64,000 nt of DNA from Limosilactobacillus sp. (GTDB lineage: Bacteria; Bacillota; Bacilli; Lactobacillales; Lactobacillaceae): positions 93,397 to 157,396 of the forward strand of contig NZ_JAXGYB010000002.1 in the NCBI RefSeq assembly GCF_040772465.1. The letters are read 5' to 3'. Under the pieces are notes generated by a model that saw only the letters and a program-made list of their open reading frames with translations, had not been told where the DNA came from and made no database searches. The position numbers were made by a program, and so were the translations under genes. Within the stretch, counting starts at the first letter, position 1. Each line of letters opens with the position of its first letter. Shown here in pieces: positions 18,171 to 28,361 of this stretch.

Positions 18171-18647
18171 TGCCCACGTATTAAAAGTACAATTGGGTTC
18201 ACCATCGCGACTAGCAACAACTTTCTTTTGGCTAACCAAGTGCCACCGTTTCATATTTAACGGTGGCATTTTTGTATCCGATGGATATTTGCCATCCAAA
18301 ATCGTTTGATATAAGCAATCTGCCAATGGCAATAATTGGCGAAAAACAGTTGCGCCACCAATCACAAAAATATCTTCTTTTGTCGAAGATAGGAGTCGTT
18401 TGACCTCGCTTAGGGATGAAAGTTGATGAACTCCAGGTAATTGCAAAGATGAATGAGTTAAAACATAGTTATCACGGTGAGGTAAGGGACGACTGCCCAT
18501 GGATTCGAAGGTTTTCCGTCCCATTACAACTGGATGGCCAGTGGTTAACTTGCGAAAGTGCACCATATCCTCATGTGAATGCCAAGGCATCGACCCCTGA
18601 TAACCAATGGTACCATTGCGGTCTTGCGCCCAAATAAAATTTAACAT
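18156..18647 (-). CDS. folA: dihydrofolate reductase
   Basis: Start trimmed to MLNFIWAQDRNGTIG (ATG at 18647, 5 nt after AAGAGGT). VMGRKTFES and FVIGGATVF motifs are present. Length is 163 aa. Confidence 0.93.
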   Translation of the reverse strand: MLNFIWAQDRNGTIGYQGSMPWHSHEDMVHFRKLTTGHPVVMGRKTFESMGSRPLPHRDNYVLTHSSLQLPGVHQLSSLSEVKRLLSSTKEDIFVIGGATVFRQLLPLADCLYQTILDGKYPSDTKMPPLNMKRWHLVSQKKVVASRDGEPNCTFNTWALTAQ

Positions 18648-18657
18648 AAGCAACCTC

Positions 18658-19620
18658 TTAAACTGCTACTGGTGCCTTAATTGAACCTTCATGAGTATAT
18701 CCTTCCAGTTGGATATCGGACATTTGATACTGGTCAATTGGCTTCGGTTCGTCAGGCAAAATCAGTTTTGGTGCAGCGTGTGGTGTTCTGGACAGTTGTT
18801 CCTTAATCTGATCAAAGTGGTTGATATAAATATGAGCATCGCCCAACGTATGTACAAAATCGCCCACTTGCAGATGGCACTGGTGAGCAATCATGTGGGT
18901 CAGTAAAGCATAACTAGCGATATTAAAAGGTACACCTAAGAAAATATCGGCGCTTCGCTGATACAACTGGCAACTTAATTTGCCGTCGTTCACGTAAAAT
19001 TGGAACATCGTATGGCAAGGCGGTAAAGCCATACTAGGCACATCCTCAGGATTCCAAGCAGTCACAATCAGACGGCGCGAATGAGGATTAGTTTTAATTT
19101 GTTCAATGACGTTACCTAACTGGTCAATAAATTGACCATTGCTCGTGCGCCAATGACGCCACTGCTTGCCGTAAATGTTGCCAAGTTCACCATATTTCTT
19201 AGCAAAATTTTCATCATCCAAAATCCGTTGACAGAACATCTTTTTTTGTGTTTGATATTCTTTATTGAATTCCGGATCTTTCAGTGAACGGCGGCCAAAG
19301 TCTGTCATGTCTGGACCTTGGTATTCATCACTATTGACCCAATTTTTAAAGGCCCACTCATCCCAAATATGATTTTTGTGTTGCAGAAGGAAACGAATAT
19401 TCGAATCCCCACGCAAAAACCACAGCAATTCACTTTTAATTAAGCCAAATGGGACCCGTTTAGTGGTTAGGATTGGGAAACCCTTTTGTAAATTAAAGCG
19501 CATCTGATAGCCAAAAACAGAACGGGTACCCGTTCCAGTTCGATCATCCTTAAAATGGCCGTTTTCCATTACATAACGCGCCAAATTGAGATATTGATCC
19601 TCATTTTCATTAATACTCAT
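18658..19620 (-). CDS. thyA: thymidylate synthase
   Basis: Start trimmed to [17 protein letters not shown] (ATG at 19620 after GAGGAG). Contains [16 protein letters not shown] and the catalytic-Cys block [12 protein letters not shown]. Confidence 0.95.
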   Translation of the reverse strand: MSINENEDQYLNLARYVMENGHFKDDRTGTGTRSVFGYQMRFNLQKGFPILTTKRVPFGLIKSELLWFLRGDSNIRFLLQHKNHIWDEWAFKNWVNSDEYQGPDMTDFGRRSLKDPEFNKEYQTQKKMFCQRILDDENFAKKYGELGNIYGKQWRHWRTSNGQFIDQLGNVIEQIKTNPHSRRLIVTAWNPEDVPSMALPPCHTMFQFYVNDGKLSCQLYQRSADIFLGVPFNIASYALLTHMIAHQCHLQVGDFVHTLGDAHIYINHFDQIKEQLSRTPHAAPKLILPDEPKPIDQYQMSDIQLEGYTHEGSIKAPVAV

Positions 19621-19630
19621 TTTTAACTCC

Positions 19631-21547
19631 TCACAGTTGGTCATTGTCAACAAATTGACTGAGATACTCCCAGCGTTTCATCTTAGTATCACTCTCTTGG
19701 TTGAGTTGATCTAACTGCTTCTGAAGGTCGGCAAGTTTATCGTAATTACTGCCGTTAGCAGCCATTTCATTTTGAACTTCTTTGATTTGCTGATCCAGTT
19801 TGTCCAAAGCAGGTTCAAGATCTTTCCACTCTAACTTTTCCTTATAAGTAAGTTTGGTTTTCTTTGAACTAGACTTTTTAGTGGTGTCCTTTGTCTTCTT
19901 CGACTTTGGTTGATTTGATGAAGTTTTTTGTGTATTGGACTTTTTGGATGACAGATGGTCTTGCAGATAGTCGGTAAAAAGACCAGTGTAGCGCTCAATT
20001 TTGGCGTTACCATCAAAGATCAAGAGATCAGTAGCCACTTTATCCAAGAAATAGCGGTCGTGAGAGACAGTAATGACAGTTCCATTAAAGTTATCAATGT
20101 AATCTTCTAGAACAGTCAGCGTGCTAATATCTAAATCGTTCGTCGGTTCGTCCAACAACAAAACATTAGGTTGCTGCATCAGTATTTTAAGCAAATACAA
20201 ACGACGTTGTTCACCACCAGAAAGTTTGCGAATCAACGTTCCGTGCATGAAACGTGGGAACAAGAAACGTTCCAACAATTGTGTGACGCTGACCCGCTGG
20301 CCATTAGCATCTGTAACGCTATCCGCCACTTGACTGAGGTAGTTAATCATCCGCATATCTTCGTCAATGGGTTCAGTTTGTTGAGTGTAGTAACCGAGTT
20401 TGACGGTTTCACCCAATTTGACTGTCCCACTATCAACGGGGACTTTCCCAGCGATCACGTTCAGCAAACTACTTTTTCCTGCCCCATTTTCTCCGGTAAT
20501 ACCAATCCGGTCACCTGGTTTGACAAGCCAATCAAAGTTTTTCAGTAGTTGGTGATCACCTAATTTTAGGTTAACGTCTTTCATACTTAGGACATCTTTG
20601 CCTAAACGCTGAGAACCTAAACCGATATCAACGCTACCCTCAGTTTTTAACTTGCCGACGTGTTGACTCAGTTCGTTAAAGCGATTAATGCGACCTTTTT
20701 GTTTGGTAGACCGCGCTTTGGCACCAGTACGCATCCAAGCCAGCTCTTTTTTATACAATTGCTGGCGCTTGTGTTCAGCTGTAGCAGCTTTTTCTTCTCG
20801 CTCAGCTTTTTGACGGACATATTCCTGGTAATTGCCATCATACTGATACAACTTACCAAAAGATAATTCCCAAATATGGTTGGTTACTTCATCCAAAAAG
20901 TATCGATCATGGGTGACAACCAAAACAGCCCCGCGATATTTTGCGAGATAATCCTGCAGCCAGATAATTGAGTCAAAGTCTAAGTGGTTTGTAGGTTCGT
21001 CCAATAGTAATAAATCGGGTTGTTGAATCAGTACTTGGGCTAAACCAACCCGCTTTTGCTGACCACCAGACATTTGGCCAATCCGCTGGTTCATATCTTT
21101 AATTTTTAGTTGAGTTAAGACTGTTTCAACACGGCTTTGAACTTCCCATGCATTTTGTTGGTCCATCTTTAACTGTAAGTCATTTAATTGACTTAATGCG
21201 GATTGATCTTCAGGGTGTTGACTAACCGTCTGTAATACTCGCTCATACTGACGAATCAACTGAAATAAAGATTGGTCACCAGCCAAAACAGCATCAAGAA
21301 TGTCTTTGTTCGGATCCAGCTTTGGTTGTTGTAAAAGATAACCCATGGAGTAATCTTTTGGTTTTTCAAAAGATCCAGCTTCTGGACTGTTAAGGCCAGC
21401 TATTACGTTTAAAAGAGACGTCTTTCCGCTGCCATTAACACCGATTAAACCAATTCTGTCATGTTCTTTAATCAGGAATGAAACATTTTTAAAAAGTATC
21501 TTTTCGCCATAAGTGCTTGTTAACCCTTCAGCACGCAGGGTTTGCAT
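19631..21547 (-). CDS. ABC-F family ATPase (Uup/YfmR-like translation-associated factor)
   Basis: 638 aa. Two Walker A motifs ([22 protein letters not shown]) and two signature motifs ([16 protein letters not shown]) are present. The C-terminus is Lys-rich and coiled-coil-like, and there are no TM domains. Confidence 0.9.
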   Translation of the reverse strand: MQTLRAEGLTSTYGEKILFKNVSFLIKEHDRIGLIGVNGSGKTSLLNVIAGLNSPEAGSFEKPKDYSMGYLLQQPKLDPNKDILDAVLAGDQSLFQLIRQYERVLQTVSQHPEDQSALSQLNDLQLKMDQQNAWEVQSRVETVLTQLKIKDMNQRIGQMSGGQQKRVGLAQVLIQQPDLLLLDEPTNHLDFDSIIWLQDYLAKYRGAVLVVTHDRYFLDEVTNHIWELSFGKLYQYDGNYQEYVRQKAEREEKAATAEHKRQQLYKKELAWMRTGAKARSTKQKGRINRFNELSQHVGKLKTEGSVDIGLGSQRLGKDVLSMKDVNLKLGDHQLLKNFDWLVKPGDRIGITGENGAGKSSLLNVIAGKVPVDSGTVKLGETVKLGYYTQQTEPIDEDMRMINYLSQVADSVTDANGQRVSVTQLLERFLFPRFMHGTLIRKLSGGEQRRLYLLKILMQQPNVLLLDEPTNDLDISTLTVLEDYIDNFNGTVITVSHDRYFLDKVATDLLIFDGNAKIERYTGLFTDYLQDHLSSKKSNTQKTSSNQPKSKKTKDTTKKSSSKKTKLTYKEKLEWKDLEPALDKLDQQIKEVQNEMAANGSNYDKLADLQKQLDQLNQESDTKMKRWEYLSQFVDNDQL

Positions 21548-22758
21548 TATTGTTGGCCCCTTTCTTGTTTAACGTATTCCATTAACTTTTCGTGGTTATT
21601 TGGCAATTTACCATACAAAACCTTGACTTGTAGATCATGAATCAACTTGCCCATTTCTGGTCCGGGCTTAACGACTTGAGCATCTAGCAAGTCAGAACCA
21701 TTGATAGCTAATTCTTTTTTGTATTTTAGCGGTAAGTGCTGGTATGCACTATCAAGCTCACTTTGCATCATATTCCAATTGAAAATTGCGGCAACGCGGT
21801 TAGCATTATACAAGCCATCCTGGCCTGCTTCAAACATTTCCTCTCGAGTGAATGAACGACGTTTAATGGAGGTAACTGCAGGTACCACTTTCTTAACATC
21901 ATCGATCAATTTATTAGATAATTTCCAACTACGTAAGAACTTAACAAGTTCGTCGGACTGCAGATAGAGGGCCACTGCCAACGTGCTCCAAGCCTGAGTT
22001 GGATTATCCAAAGGCCAGCGGTTTGATAAAACTAACTGACCTAACTCATTTTTATAGTCAGCTAATCCTGGGCAGTACTTATAGAGGTTGGTCTTAAGCA
22101 TTACCGATAAACCAGCGGATGCGTTCTGCCCTAATAAAAGTTTTTGCATTTCCACTTGAATCCGCTCAACAGCAATCTTGGAAAGCAGTGATGCATTATC
22201 ACTAATCCCTTTTACAGTGGCATCGTCGATTTTGAAATTAAGACGACTGGCAAAGCGAACAGCCCTCATCATTCGCAAAGCATCTTCGTGGAAACGAGTA
22301 TCAGGATCACCAACTGCCCGAATGAGCTGACGCTTTAAGTCCCCTAATCCATTGAATTCATCAATGATTTCACCATTTTCTTTCATTGCTAAGGCGTTAA
22401 TGGTGAAATCGCGGCGTTTAAGATCCTCTAGAAGTGAACGGACAAAGGTCACCTTGTCAGGACGCCGGTAGTCTTGATAGCCGGATTCAGTACGGAAAGT
22501 TGTAATTTCATAGCTATGATGATTATCCAAAACCATTACAGTACCGTGCTCGATGCCGGTATCAACCGTATGGTCAAAAAGCGATTTCACTTCTTTTGGA
22601 TATGCACTGGTAGCAATATCAATGTCGTGGATGTCATCACCTAATAAAGTATCGCGGACGCATCCGCCGACAAAATAGGCTTCATACCCAGCTTTTTCTA
22701 ACCGTTGAAGAATTGGACGTGCTGGATTAAATATTTTTGGTAACTGCTCTATTTTCAT
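21547..22758 (-). CDS. cca: CCA tRNA nucleotidyltransferase
   Basis: 403 aa with GGCVRDTLLGDDIHDIDIAT and RRDFTINA motifs. Its stop overlaps the ABC-F start (TAATG). Confidence 0.93.
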   Translation of the reverse strand: MKIEQLPKIFNPARPILQRLEKAGYEAYFVGGCVRDTLLGDDIHDIDIATSAYPKEVKSLFDHTVDTGIEHGTVMVLDNHHSYEITTFRTESGYQDYRRPDKVTFVRSLLEDLKRRDFTINALAMKENGEIIDEFNGLGDLKRQLIRAVGDPDTRFHEDALRMMRAVRFASRLNFKIDDATVKGISDNASLLSKIAVERIQVEMQKLLLGQNASAGLSVMLKTNLYKYCPGLADYKNELGQLVLSNRWPLDNPTQAWSTLAVALYLQSDELVKFLRSWKLSNKLIDDVKKVVPAVTSIKRRSFTREEMFEAGQDGLYNANRVAAIFNWNMMQSELDSAYQHLPLKYKKELAINGSDLLDAQVVKPGPEMGKLIHDLQVKVLYGKLPNNHEKLMEYVKQERGQQ

Positions 22759-22902
22759 TATTCGTCATTCCTTAATTACGGATTTCACTTTTTCATTTTA
22801 ACAAATATATGAAGCAAATGTTAGTTGTGGGGGTTGTTGTTATAGTTTCTTTTTTGTGGTAAGTTAAGGTAAATAATTATATATTAGAAAGGAACGGTCA
22901 AA

Positions 22903-23736
22903 ATGTCAAAGTTGCAATTCCCTTACCAAAAAAATTTCGCGTTATTTTTAAAGACCCAATCGCTATCACCAACCACGATTGCTAGTTATGAATCGACAAT
23001 TACGGCTTTTTACACTTTCCTGCTAGCCAACCGACCTCAATCGTTAGCCGATGGAATCCGTTCAGTTAATGAAACAGACGTCCGGTCTTTTTTTGATTAC
23101 CTCCAGCAAAGCCGTCAAATTACCCTTGGATCCTACAATAAAACACTGACTCAACTGAACCGCTATTTTACCTATCTCTTTTCACACCATCTCTCTGACC
23201 AACTACCCACTCTTCCCCTACATGGCAAGCAAGTAAGTGAAAAGACCGATATTAACTTTGTTTGGTTGAAAAAAATGGATGCGGTCTTAGCCGATTCACA
23301 CCTTCATTTTTACACCAGGATGACTCTCCTGCTTTTGGCACACGGTTACACCGTCAACGAATTCCTTCAACCCGGGTTTTACAAGGTATATCAAAAGATG
23401 AAGTCCCAAAATCAAGAAGAACTGAACTTTCGGCAATCTTATCAAGACTTCATCCGGCCAATTCAAGAAAAACAAGCTTCCTCCGACATCTTTTTAAAGA
23501 AGCGCCTTGATTTAAACCATCCGCAGTTAACCAACCCTGCTCTACATAAATATCTCAAAAGCGATCAAGAATATATCGGCTTTACAATCTCACCAGCGAA
23601 ACTCCACCAAGCGTACGTTTGTTATCAGCTCAAACGTCTTGAAGGAAAATCGGATCATGAAATTGAACAGGTCCTTAATTTGGACCCCCAGTCGTTGCTC
23701 TACTTTAAAAAATTATTGATTCAGAATAATCTCTAA
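22903..23736 (+). CDS. tyrosine-recombinase-fold protein with an apparently degenerate catalytic site (Xer/integrase-like, probably inactive)
   Basis: 277 aa. The N-terminal 95 aa resembles the Xer SAM-like core-binding domain (FLKTQSLSPTTIASYESTITAFYTFL ... YNKTLTQLNRYFTYL). In the C-terminal half, FYTRMTLLLLAHGYTVNEF aligns with the Arg-I box. However, SPAKLHQAY replaces the H-x-L-R-H box, and no GKGxK hairpin Lys is visible. Confidence 0.6.
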   Translation: MSKLQFPYQKNFALFLKTQSLSPTTIASYESTITAFYTFLLANRPQSLADGIRSVNETDVRSFFDYLQQSRQITLGSYNKTLTQLNRYFTYLFSHHLSDQLPTLPLHGKQVSEKTDINFVWLKKMDAVLADSHLHFYTRMTLLLLAHGYTVNEFLQPGFYKVYQKMKSQNQEELNFRQSYQDFIRPIQEKQASSDIFLKKRLDLNHPQLTNPALHKYLKSDQEYIGFTISPAKLHQAYVCYQLKRLEGKSDHEIEQVLNLDPQSLLYFKKLLIQNNL

Positions 23737-23799
23737 AAAAAAGGAGCATGGAAACGTGCCAGCAGTCGTTGAAGACTTGGGAATCACGTTCCATCCTCC
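23735..23799 (-). terminator. intrinsic terminator after the TPR gene (long imperfect hairpin + U8)
   Basis: The minus strand reads GGAGGATGGAACGTG...(26-nt loop)...CACGTTTCCATGCTCC followed by TTTTTTTT. It overlaps the stop of the plus-strand gene. Confidence 0.5.
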
Positions 23800-23813
23800 C
23801 TGAAGTTGTTTCG

Positions 23814-25082
23814 TTAATAATTTTCGTCTGTTAATTCATCTAATCGTTGGACCATCTCTGTATCGGTTGGCACCAGCTTGACATACCGACGAAGAGCGCT
23901 TTTTTCTGTTTGCAAATCCCCGCTCTCACGAGCCCAATCGGCATAATCGTGCAAAAATTGCGAATCGTCTTTTAATCCTAGAGCAGCTGCTTGATAAAAT
24001 TTACCAGCTTTCTCTAATTCTTCCTGCGCCTGGTAAGAACGGGCCAGATTCCACTCAACTTGAGGATCCACCTCGTCATTATTGATCAGTGGCAACAATA
24101 GATCCAAATTCTCGCGATGATCACCTTGCTGAATCAAATGCTCACTCAACGCTAAAGTGATCGTCAAGCTTTCGGGGTTTAATTGGTGAGCCTTAATCAG
24201 ATACTGGCTCCCTAGCTTGGTTTTCCCTAAACGATCAGCTAACTGACCTGCCATCATGAACAATTGTTCATTATACTGGTCAATCCCAAGGCCTTCCTGC
24301 ATCGTCTTCAATGCGCCTTCATAATTTCCCTGCTTTTCCTGAGCAATGGCTAACTGCGGATAAGCAGAAGGATAATCGGGATCATTATCAATCAAATCAG
24401 ATAAAGTGTGTTCAGCAGACGTGTAGTCCTTTAAATGCAGCTGGGTCATGCCCATTTGGAAACGAATGTCTGAATTTTGTGATGTCGGGTCAACTTGTTT
24501 AAAGTAACCCAGAGCTTGTTCATAACGGCCGCTTTGGGCGTATGACATGGCTAAGCGGCCCGCTAAATCAACCTTTGCAAAGTTAGTGTACCCCTTTTGG
24601 ATCAAGGCAAAATAAAATGGGACGGCACGTTCAAAGTTTCCCATCAAGTAAAAAAGTTCGGCGTTGGCAAACAACACTGCAGGCTCATCCGGATCCTTAC
24701 GATATGCTTCCTGGAGCTTGCTTTCGCTAACTTCTAACTCACCCTCAGTTTGGTAAAGGTCAGCCGCAACCAAAAGTGACTGGACATAAGCATCAGAACC
24801 TGGTTTAATCGCTGCTAAATAATTTAAGGCCTGATCGTTATGCCCTTCATCAATCGCAATCTCCGCCAAGTTAGTCCGTAATTCATCGTCATCGGGATAT
24901 GATTTTAGCAGTTTCTCGTAAATTCGTTTAGCACGCTTATCAAAGCCTAAACCATATAGTTCTTCAGCTAGATTAAATAAGGTGTCATCATCATCCTTGC
25001 GCAACGCCCAAATATAACTCTTCTTAGCCTCTTTGAGTTGTCCTTTATCCAGCTGATCTAACATGCGTTCGGAGTAAGTCAT
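23814..25082 (-). CDS. tetratricopeptide repeat protein (YpiA-like)
   Basis: 422 aa with repeated A/Y/L-rich 34-mers across the whole length. Its position near hup matches the Bacillus ypiA neighbourhood. Confidence 0.8.
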   Translation of the reverse strand: MTYSERMLDQLDKGQLKEAKKSYIWALRKDDDDTLFNLAEELYGLGFDKRAKRIYEKLLKSYPDDDELRTNLAEIAIDEGHNDQALNYLAAIKPGSDAYVQSLLVAADLYQTEGELEVSESKLQEAYRKDPDEPAVLFANAELFYLMGNFERAVPFYFALIQKGYTNFAKVDLAGRLAMSYAQSGRYEQALGYFKQVDPTSQNSDIRFQMGMTQLHLKDYTSAEHTLSDLIDNDPDYPSAYPQLAIAQEKQGNYEGALKTMQEGLGIDQYNEQLFMMAGQLADRLGKTKLGSQYLIKAHQLNPESLTITLALSEHLIQQGDHRENLDLLLPLINNDEVDPQVEWNLARSYQAQEELEKAGKFYQAAALGLKDDSQFLHDYADWARESGDLQTEKSALRRYVKLVPTDTEMVQRLDELTDENY

Positions 25083-25111
25083 GTGTGCGATTGCCCCCTC
25101 TTATCTTCAAA

Positions 25112-25156
25112 GCTAAAACAAAAACGGCGGTCAAGTGACCACCGTCAATTTTTTTG
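25112..25156. terminator. bidirectional intrinsic terminator downstream of hup
   Basis: Hairpin ACGGCGGTCA-ag-TGACCACCGT at 25123-25144. Flanked by AAAACAAAAA on one side and ATTTTTTT on the other. Confidence 0.8.
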
Positions 25157-25166
25157 TCGTTAATTA

Positions 25167-25442
25167 TTACTTAACGGCATCCTTCAAAGCCTTGCCTGGC
25201 TTAAATGCCGGAACCTTGCTTGCAGGAATTTGGATTTCCTTACCAGTTTGTGGGTTACGACCCTTGCGGGCGGCACGGTGACGTACTTCGAAGTTACCGA
25301 AGCCGATGAGTTGTACCTTTTCACCCTTGGCAAGTGAAGCCTGGATTGAGCTGAATACTGCATCAACTGCAGCAGTTGCATCCTTCTTCGTCAAGCCAGT
25401 TGCAGCTGCAACGTCGTTGACCAATTCTGCCTTGTTTGCCAT
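25167..25442 (-). CDS. hup: DNA-binding protein HU
   Basis: 91 aa. Contains MANKAELV...[31 protein letters not shown] is GGGAGGTG. Confidence 0.96.
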   Translation of the reverse strand: MANKAELVNDVAAATGLTKKDATAAVDAVFSSIQASLAKGEKVQLIGFGNFEVRHRAARKGRNPQTGKEIQIPASKVPAFKPGKALKDAVK

Positions 25443-25461
25443 TAGAATTCACCTCCCAGAA

Positions 25462-25481
25462 GCCGTAACCAAAATTACGGC
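25462..25481 (-). other. stem-loop in the hup 5' UTR
   Basis: GCCGTAA-ttttgg-TTACGGC on the coding strand, about 20 nt upstream of the SD. It may act as an mRNA stabiliser, but this is an inference only. Confidence 0.35.
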
Positions 25482-25655
25482 AGTGCTCAGTTAATTTTGA
25501 GTGGTCCAAAATTAACGAAATAATAACGAAAAGTCGTATCATTTCGGTTTTTACGTTACCATAATGAAACGCTCACCGCAAGCGGTTCTAGGCGTTTTTT
25601 TAGTTTTTTTGATTTAATGAAACTTTGTACCGAAATTAACATTTTGTTACTTTAA

Positions 25656-26969
25656 TTATTGTCTTCTTCGACTGATCAACTTAATCGGTGTTCCCGTAAA
25701 GTCAAAAGCCGCCCGAATTCTGTTTTCCAAATAACGTTGATATGAAAAATGCATCAAGTCAGGGTCGTTCACAAAGCAGACAAAAGTGGGTGGAGCCGTT
25801 GCTACTTGCGTCATGTAGTAAATCCGTAACCGCTGGCCATTGACAAGCGGTGTTGGGTTAGCAGCTTGAGCATCGACCAGTACGTCATTCAAGACACTGG
25901 ATTTAACGTGACGCTGATGATGGTGTTCCACTTTGGCAATTAAATCCGGCAATTGACCTAAACGCTGTTTAGTCTTAGCCGAAACAAAAATAATTGGCGC
26001 ATAGGATAAGTATTGGAACTGTGAACGGATAAGATTAGTAAAATCGGTCATTGTCGCTTGGTTGTGGTTCTTAATTAGATCCCATTTGTTGACCACGATA
26101 ATCACTCCACGCCCCGCTTCGTGCGCGTAGCCCGCAACGTGCTTATCGAGTTCGCGGATGCCCTCATCAGCATTCAGTACAACCAAGACAACGTCGGATT
26201 CGTCAATCGAACGCATCGCGCGCATTAAGGCATAACGTTCAGTATTTTCGTACAGCTTGCCCTTTTTCTTAATACCAGCCGTATCGACCATTGTAAAATG
26301 ACGGCCCTGGTCATCTGTAAACTGGGTATTAATTGCATCGCGGGTAGTACCAGCTACGTTGGAAACAATGACCCGGTTTTCCCCCAGAATGGCATTAACT
26401 AACGAGGATTTGCCAACGTTGGGACGGCCAATAAGTGAGAAGTGAATTGAATTATCTTTCTCATTAGCAGCGTCTTCAGGGAATTTATCCAAGACCGCAT
26501 CCAAAAGGTCCCCAATGCCAACCCCGTGAACACTGGAAACTGGATAAGGATCGCCTAAACCAAGTGAATAGAAATCGTAAATTTCCGCTCGCCGCTCAGG
26601 ATTATCAACCTTATTAACGGCAAGGATCACTGGTTTGTGTGAACGATAGAGGATCCGAGCCACTTGCTCATCGGCATCAGTCACCCCACTATTGATGTCA
26701 ACAACCATCACAATAACGTCTGCCTCATCAATAGCGATCTCGGCTTGTTGCCGGATTTGTGTCAACATCGGTTGGTCAGACATTTCAATACCACCGGTAT
26801 CAATCATCCGAAATTGCTTTCCCAACCATTCAGCGTGAGTATAAATCCGATCGCGAGTGACACCAGGGGTATCTTCCACAATTGAAATACGCTCTCCCGC
26901 AATGCGATTAAAAAGTGTTGATTTGCCGACGTTGGGGCGACCAACAACGGCTACAATGGGAGTTGCCAT
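25656..26969 (-). CDS. der: ribosome-associated GTPase Der (EngA)
   Basis: Start trimmed to [18 protein letters not shown] (second ATG, 5 nt after AAGGAGGT). Two tandem G domains are present (GRPNVGKST twice, DTGG/DTAG, NKVD/NKWD). Confidence 0.95.
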   Translation of the reverse strand: MATPIVAVVGRPNVGKSTLFNRIAGERISIVEDTPGVTRDRIYTHAEWLGKQFRMIDTGGIEMSDQPMLTQIRQQAEIAIDEADVIVMVVDINSGVTDADEQVARILYRSHKPVILAVNKVDNPERRAEIYDFYSLGLGDPYPVSSVHGVGIGDLLDAVLDKFPEDAANEKDNSIHFSLIGRPNVGKSSLVNAILGENRVIVSNVAGTTRDAINTQFTDDQGRHFTMVDTAGIKKKGKLYENTERYALMRAMRSIDESDVVLVVLNADEGIRELDKHVAGYAHEAGRGVIIVVNKWDLIKNHNQATMTDFTNLIRSQFQYLSYAPIIFVSAKTKQRLGQLPDLIAKVEHHHQRHVKSSVLNDVLVDAQAANPTPLVNGQRLRIYYMTQVATAPPTFVCFVNDPDLMHFSYQRYLENRIRAAFDFTGTPIKLISRRRQ

Positions 26970-26983
26970 CATATACCTCCTTT

Positions 26984-27023
26984 CAAAAAACAAAGAGGAC
27001 GCAGCCACAATAACCGCATCCTC
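26984..27023 (-). terminator. intrinsic terminator between rpsA and der
   Basis: The minus strand reads GAGGATGCGG-ttattgtgg-CTGCGTCCTC followed by TTTGTTTTTTG. Confidence 0.7.
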
Positions 27024-27051
27024 ATTCTGCTGAATTCACAGCAATGTTAAA

Positions 27052-28284
27052 TTACTTGCCAGCCTTCTTCAGCTTGTCACCGATTAAGTCGCCAAGCGTG
27101 AAGCCACTCTCTTCTTCAGGAGCGTTTTGTGCAAAGTTGCTGCGACGACGTGGACGACGATTACCACCACGGTGGTTATTGTTGTTGTCGTCAGCATCAG
27201 CTGGCTTTTCTTGCAGAGCCTTGATTGAAAGACCAAGACGTTGACGTTCTGGGTCGACGTTCAAAACTTTAGCCTTGATTTCTTCGCCAGGCTTCAAAAC
27301 ATCAGCTGGAGTAGCGATGTGCTTGTGTGAAATCTGGGAAATGTGAACCAAACCTTCAACACCTGGGAATACTTCAACAAAGGCACCGAAGCTCGTCAGA
27401 CGACGAACAGTACCAGTCAGAACACTGCCAACTGGAGCCTTTTCTTCAATGTTGTCCCATGGGCCAGGCAGAGTTTGCTTGATGGACAATGAGATCCGTT
27501 GACGGTCAGGGTCAACATTCAGAACCTTAACCTTGATCTTTTGACCAGTCTTCAGAACATCAGAAGGCTTGTCAACGTGTTCGTAAGCAATTTCTGAAAC
27601 GTGGCACAGACCATCGACGCCACCGAGGTCGATAAAGGCACCGAAGTTTGTCATCCGTGCAACAGTACCTTCAACAACGTCACCAGGCTTCAATTCAGCA
27701 AAAATCTTCTTAGCAGCAGCTTCGTGCTGAGCCTGAACGATTTCCTTGTGGGAAAGAATCAGACGGTTTTCGCTTGGTTCAATTTCAATGATCTTGAATT
27801 CCATTTCCTGACCCTTGAACTGGTTCAGGTCTTCAACATAATGATCAGTAATCATTGAGGCTGGAACAAAGCCACGAACGCCAGCGTCAACAACTAAGCC
27901 ACCCTTAACAGCCTGAGTAACTTTTGCGGTGATGTGCTCGCCGGCATCGAACTTAGCTTGAATGTCGTCCCATACCTTACGAGCTTCTAAGCGCCGGTGT
28001 GAAAGCAGGTAACTGCCGTTTTCCTTGTCACTGTCAATCTTAGCAATAACAACCAGATCCAGTTCGTCACCCTTCTTAACCGCAGCATTGACATCTTCAA
28101 CAGGAGTAGTAGACAGTTCCTTGGCAGGAACAACACCTTCAACACCTGCGTCTTCAATACCAACGATTACTTGGCGATCGTCATCGATCTGCAGTACCTT
28201 ACCCTTAACAACATCCCCAACCTTAATTGTTTTGATGCTATCAAGAGCCTTTAACATTGCGTCTTTGTTTTCGTTTTCAGCCAT
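27052..28284 (-). CDS. rpsA: 30S ribosomal protein S1
   Basis: Start trimmed to MAENENKDAMLKAL (ATG at 28284 after AAGGAGGA). Four S1 repeats are present (G.VV.G.V...). The C-terminal tail is basic. Confidence 0.93.
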   Translation of the reverse strand: MAENENKDAMLKALDSIKTIKVGDVVKGKVLQIDDDRQVIVGIEDAGVEGVVPAKELSTTPVEDVNAAVKKGDELDLVVIAKIDSDKENGSYLLSHRRLEARKVWDDIQAKFDAGEHITAKVTQAVKGGLVVDAGVRGFVPASMITDHYVEDLNQFKGQEMEFKIIEIEPSENRLILSHKEIVQAQHEAAAKKIFAELKPGDVVEGTVARMTNFGAFIDLGGVDGLCHVSEIAYEHVDKPSDVLKTGQKIKVKVLNVDPDRQRISLSIKQTLPGPWDNIEEKAPVGSVLTGTVRRLTSFGAFVEVFPGVEGLVHISQISHKHIATPADVLKPGEEIKAKVLNVDPERQRLGLSIKALQEKPADADDNNNNHRGGNRRPRRRSNFAQNAPEEESGFTLGDLIGDKLKKAGK

Positions 28285-28361
28285 TAAAAAATCCTCCTTG
28301 CAACACAACTCTGGCTCTTAGTTTACCAGAAAAAGCCCCGTAATGCCAACAATAAATTAAA

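Noticed and set aside
25489-25542. 17-codon mini-ORF (MIRLFVIISLILDHSKLT) in the der-hup spacer
   Set aside because: It has no SD and lies in AT-rich promoter DNA of hup. It is most likely fortuitous.
25571-25606. Hairpin AAACGC...GCGTTT with an inner ACCGC/GCGGT, as a possible der terminator
   Set aside because: The stem is short and interrupted. On the der coding strand the trailing U-tract is absent (CATTATGG). I cannot support it as a terminator.
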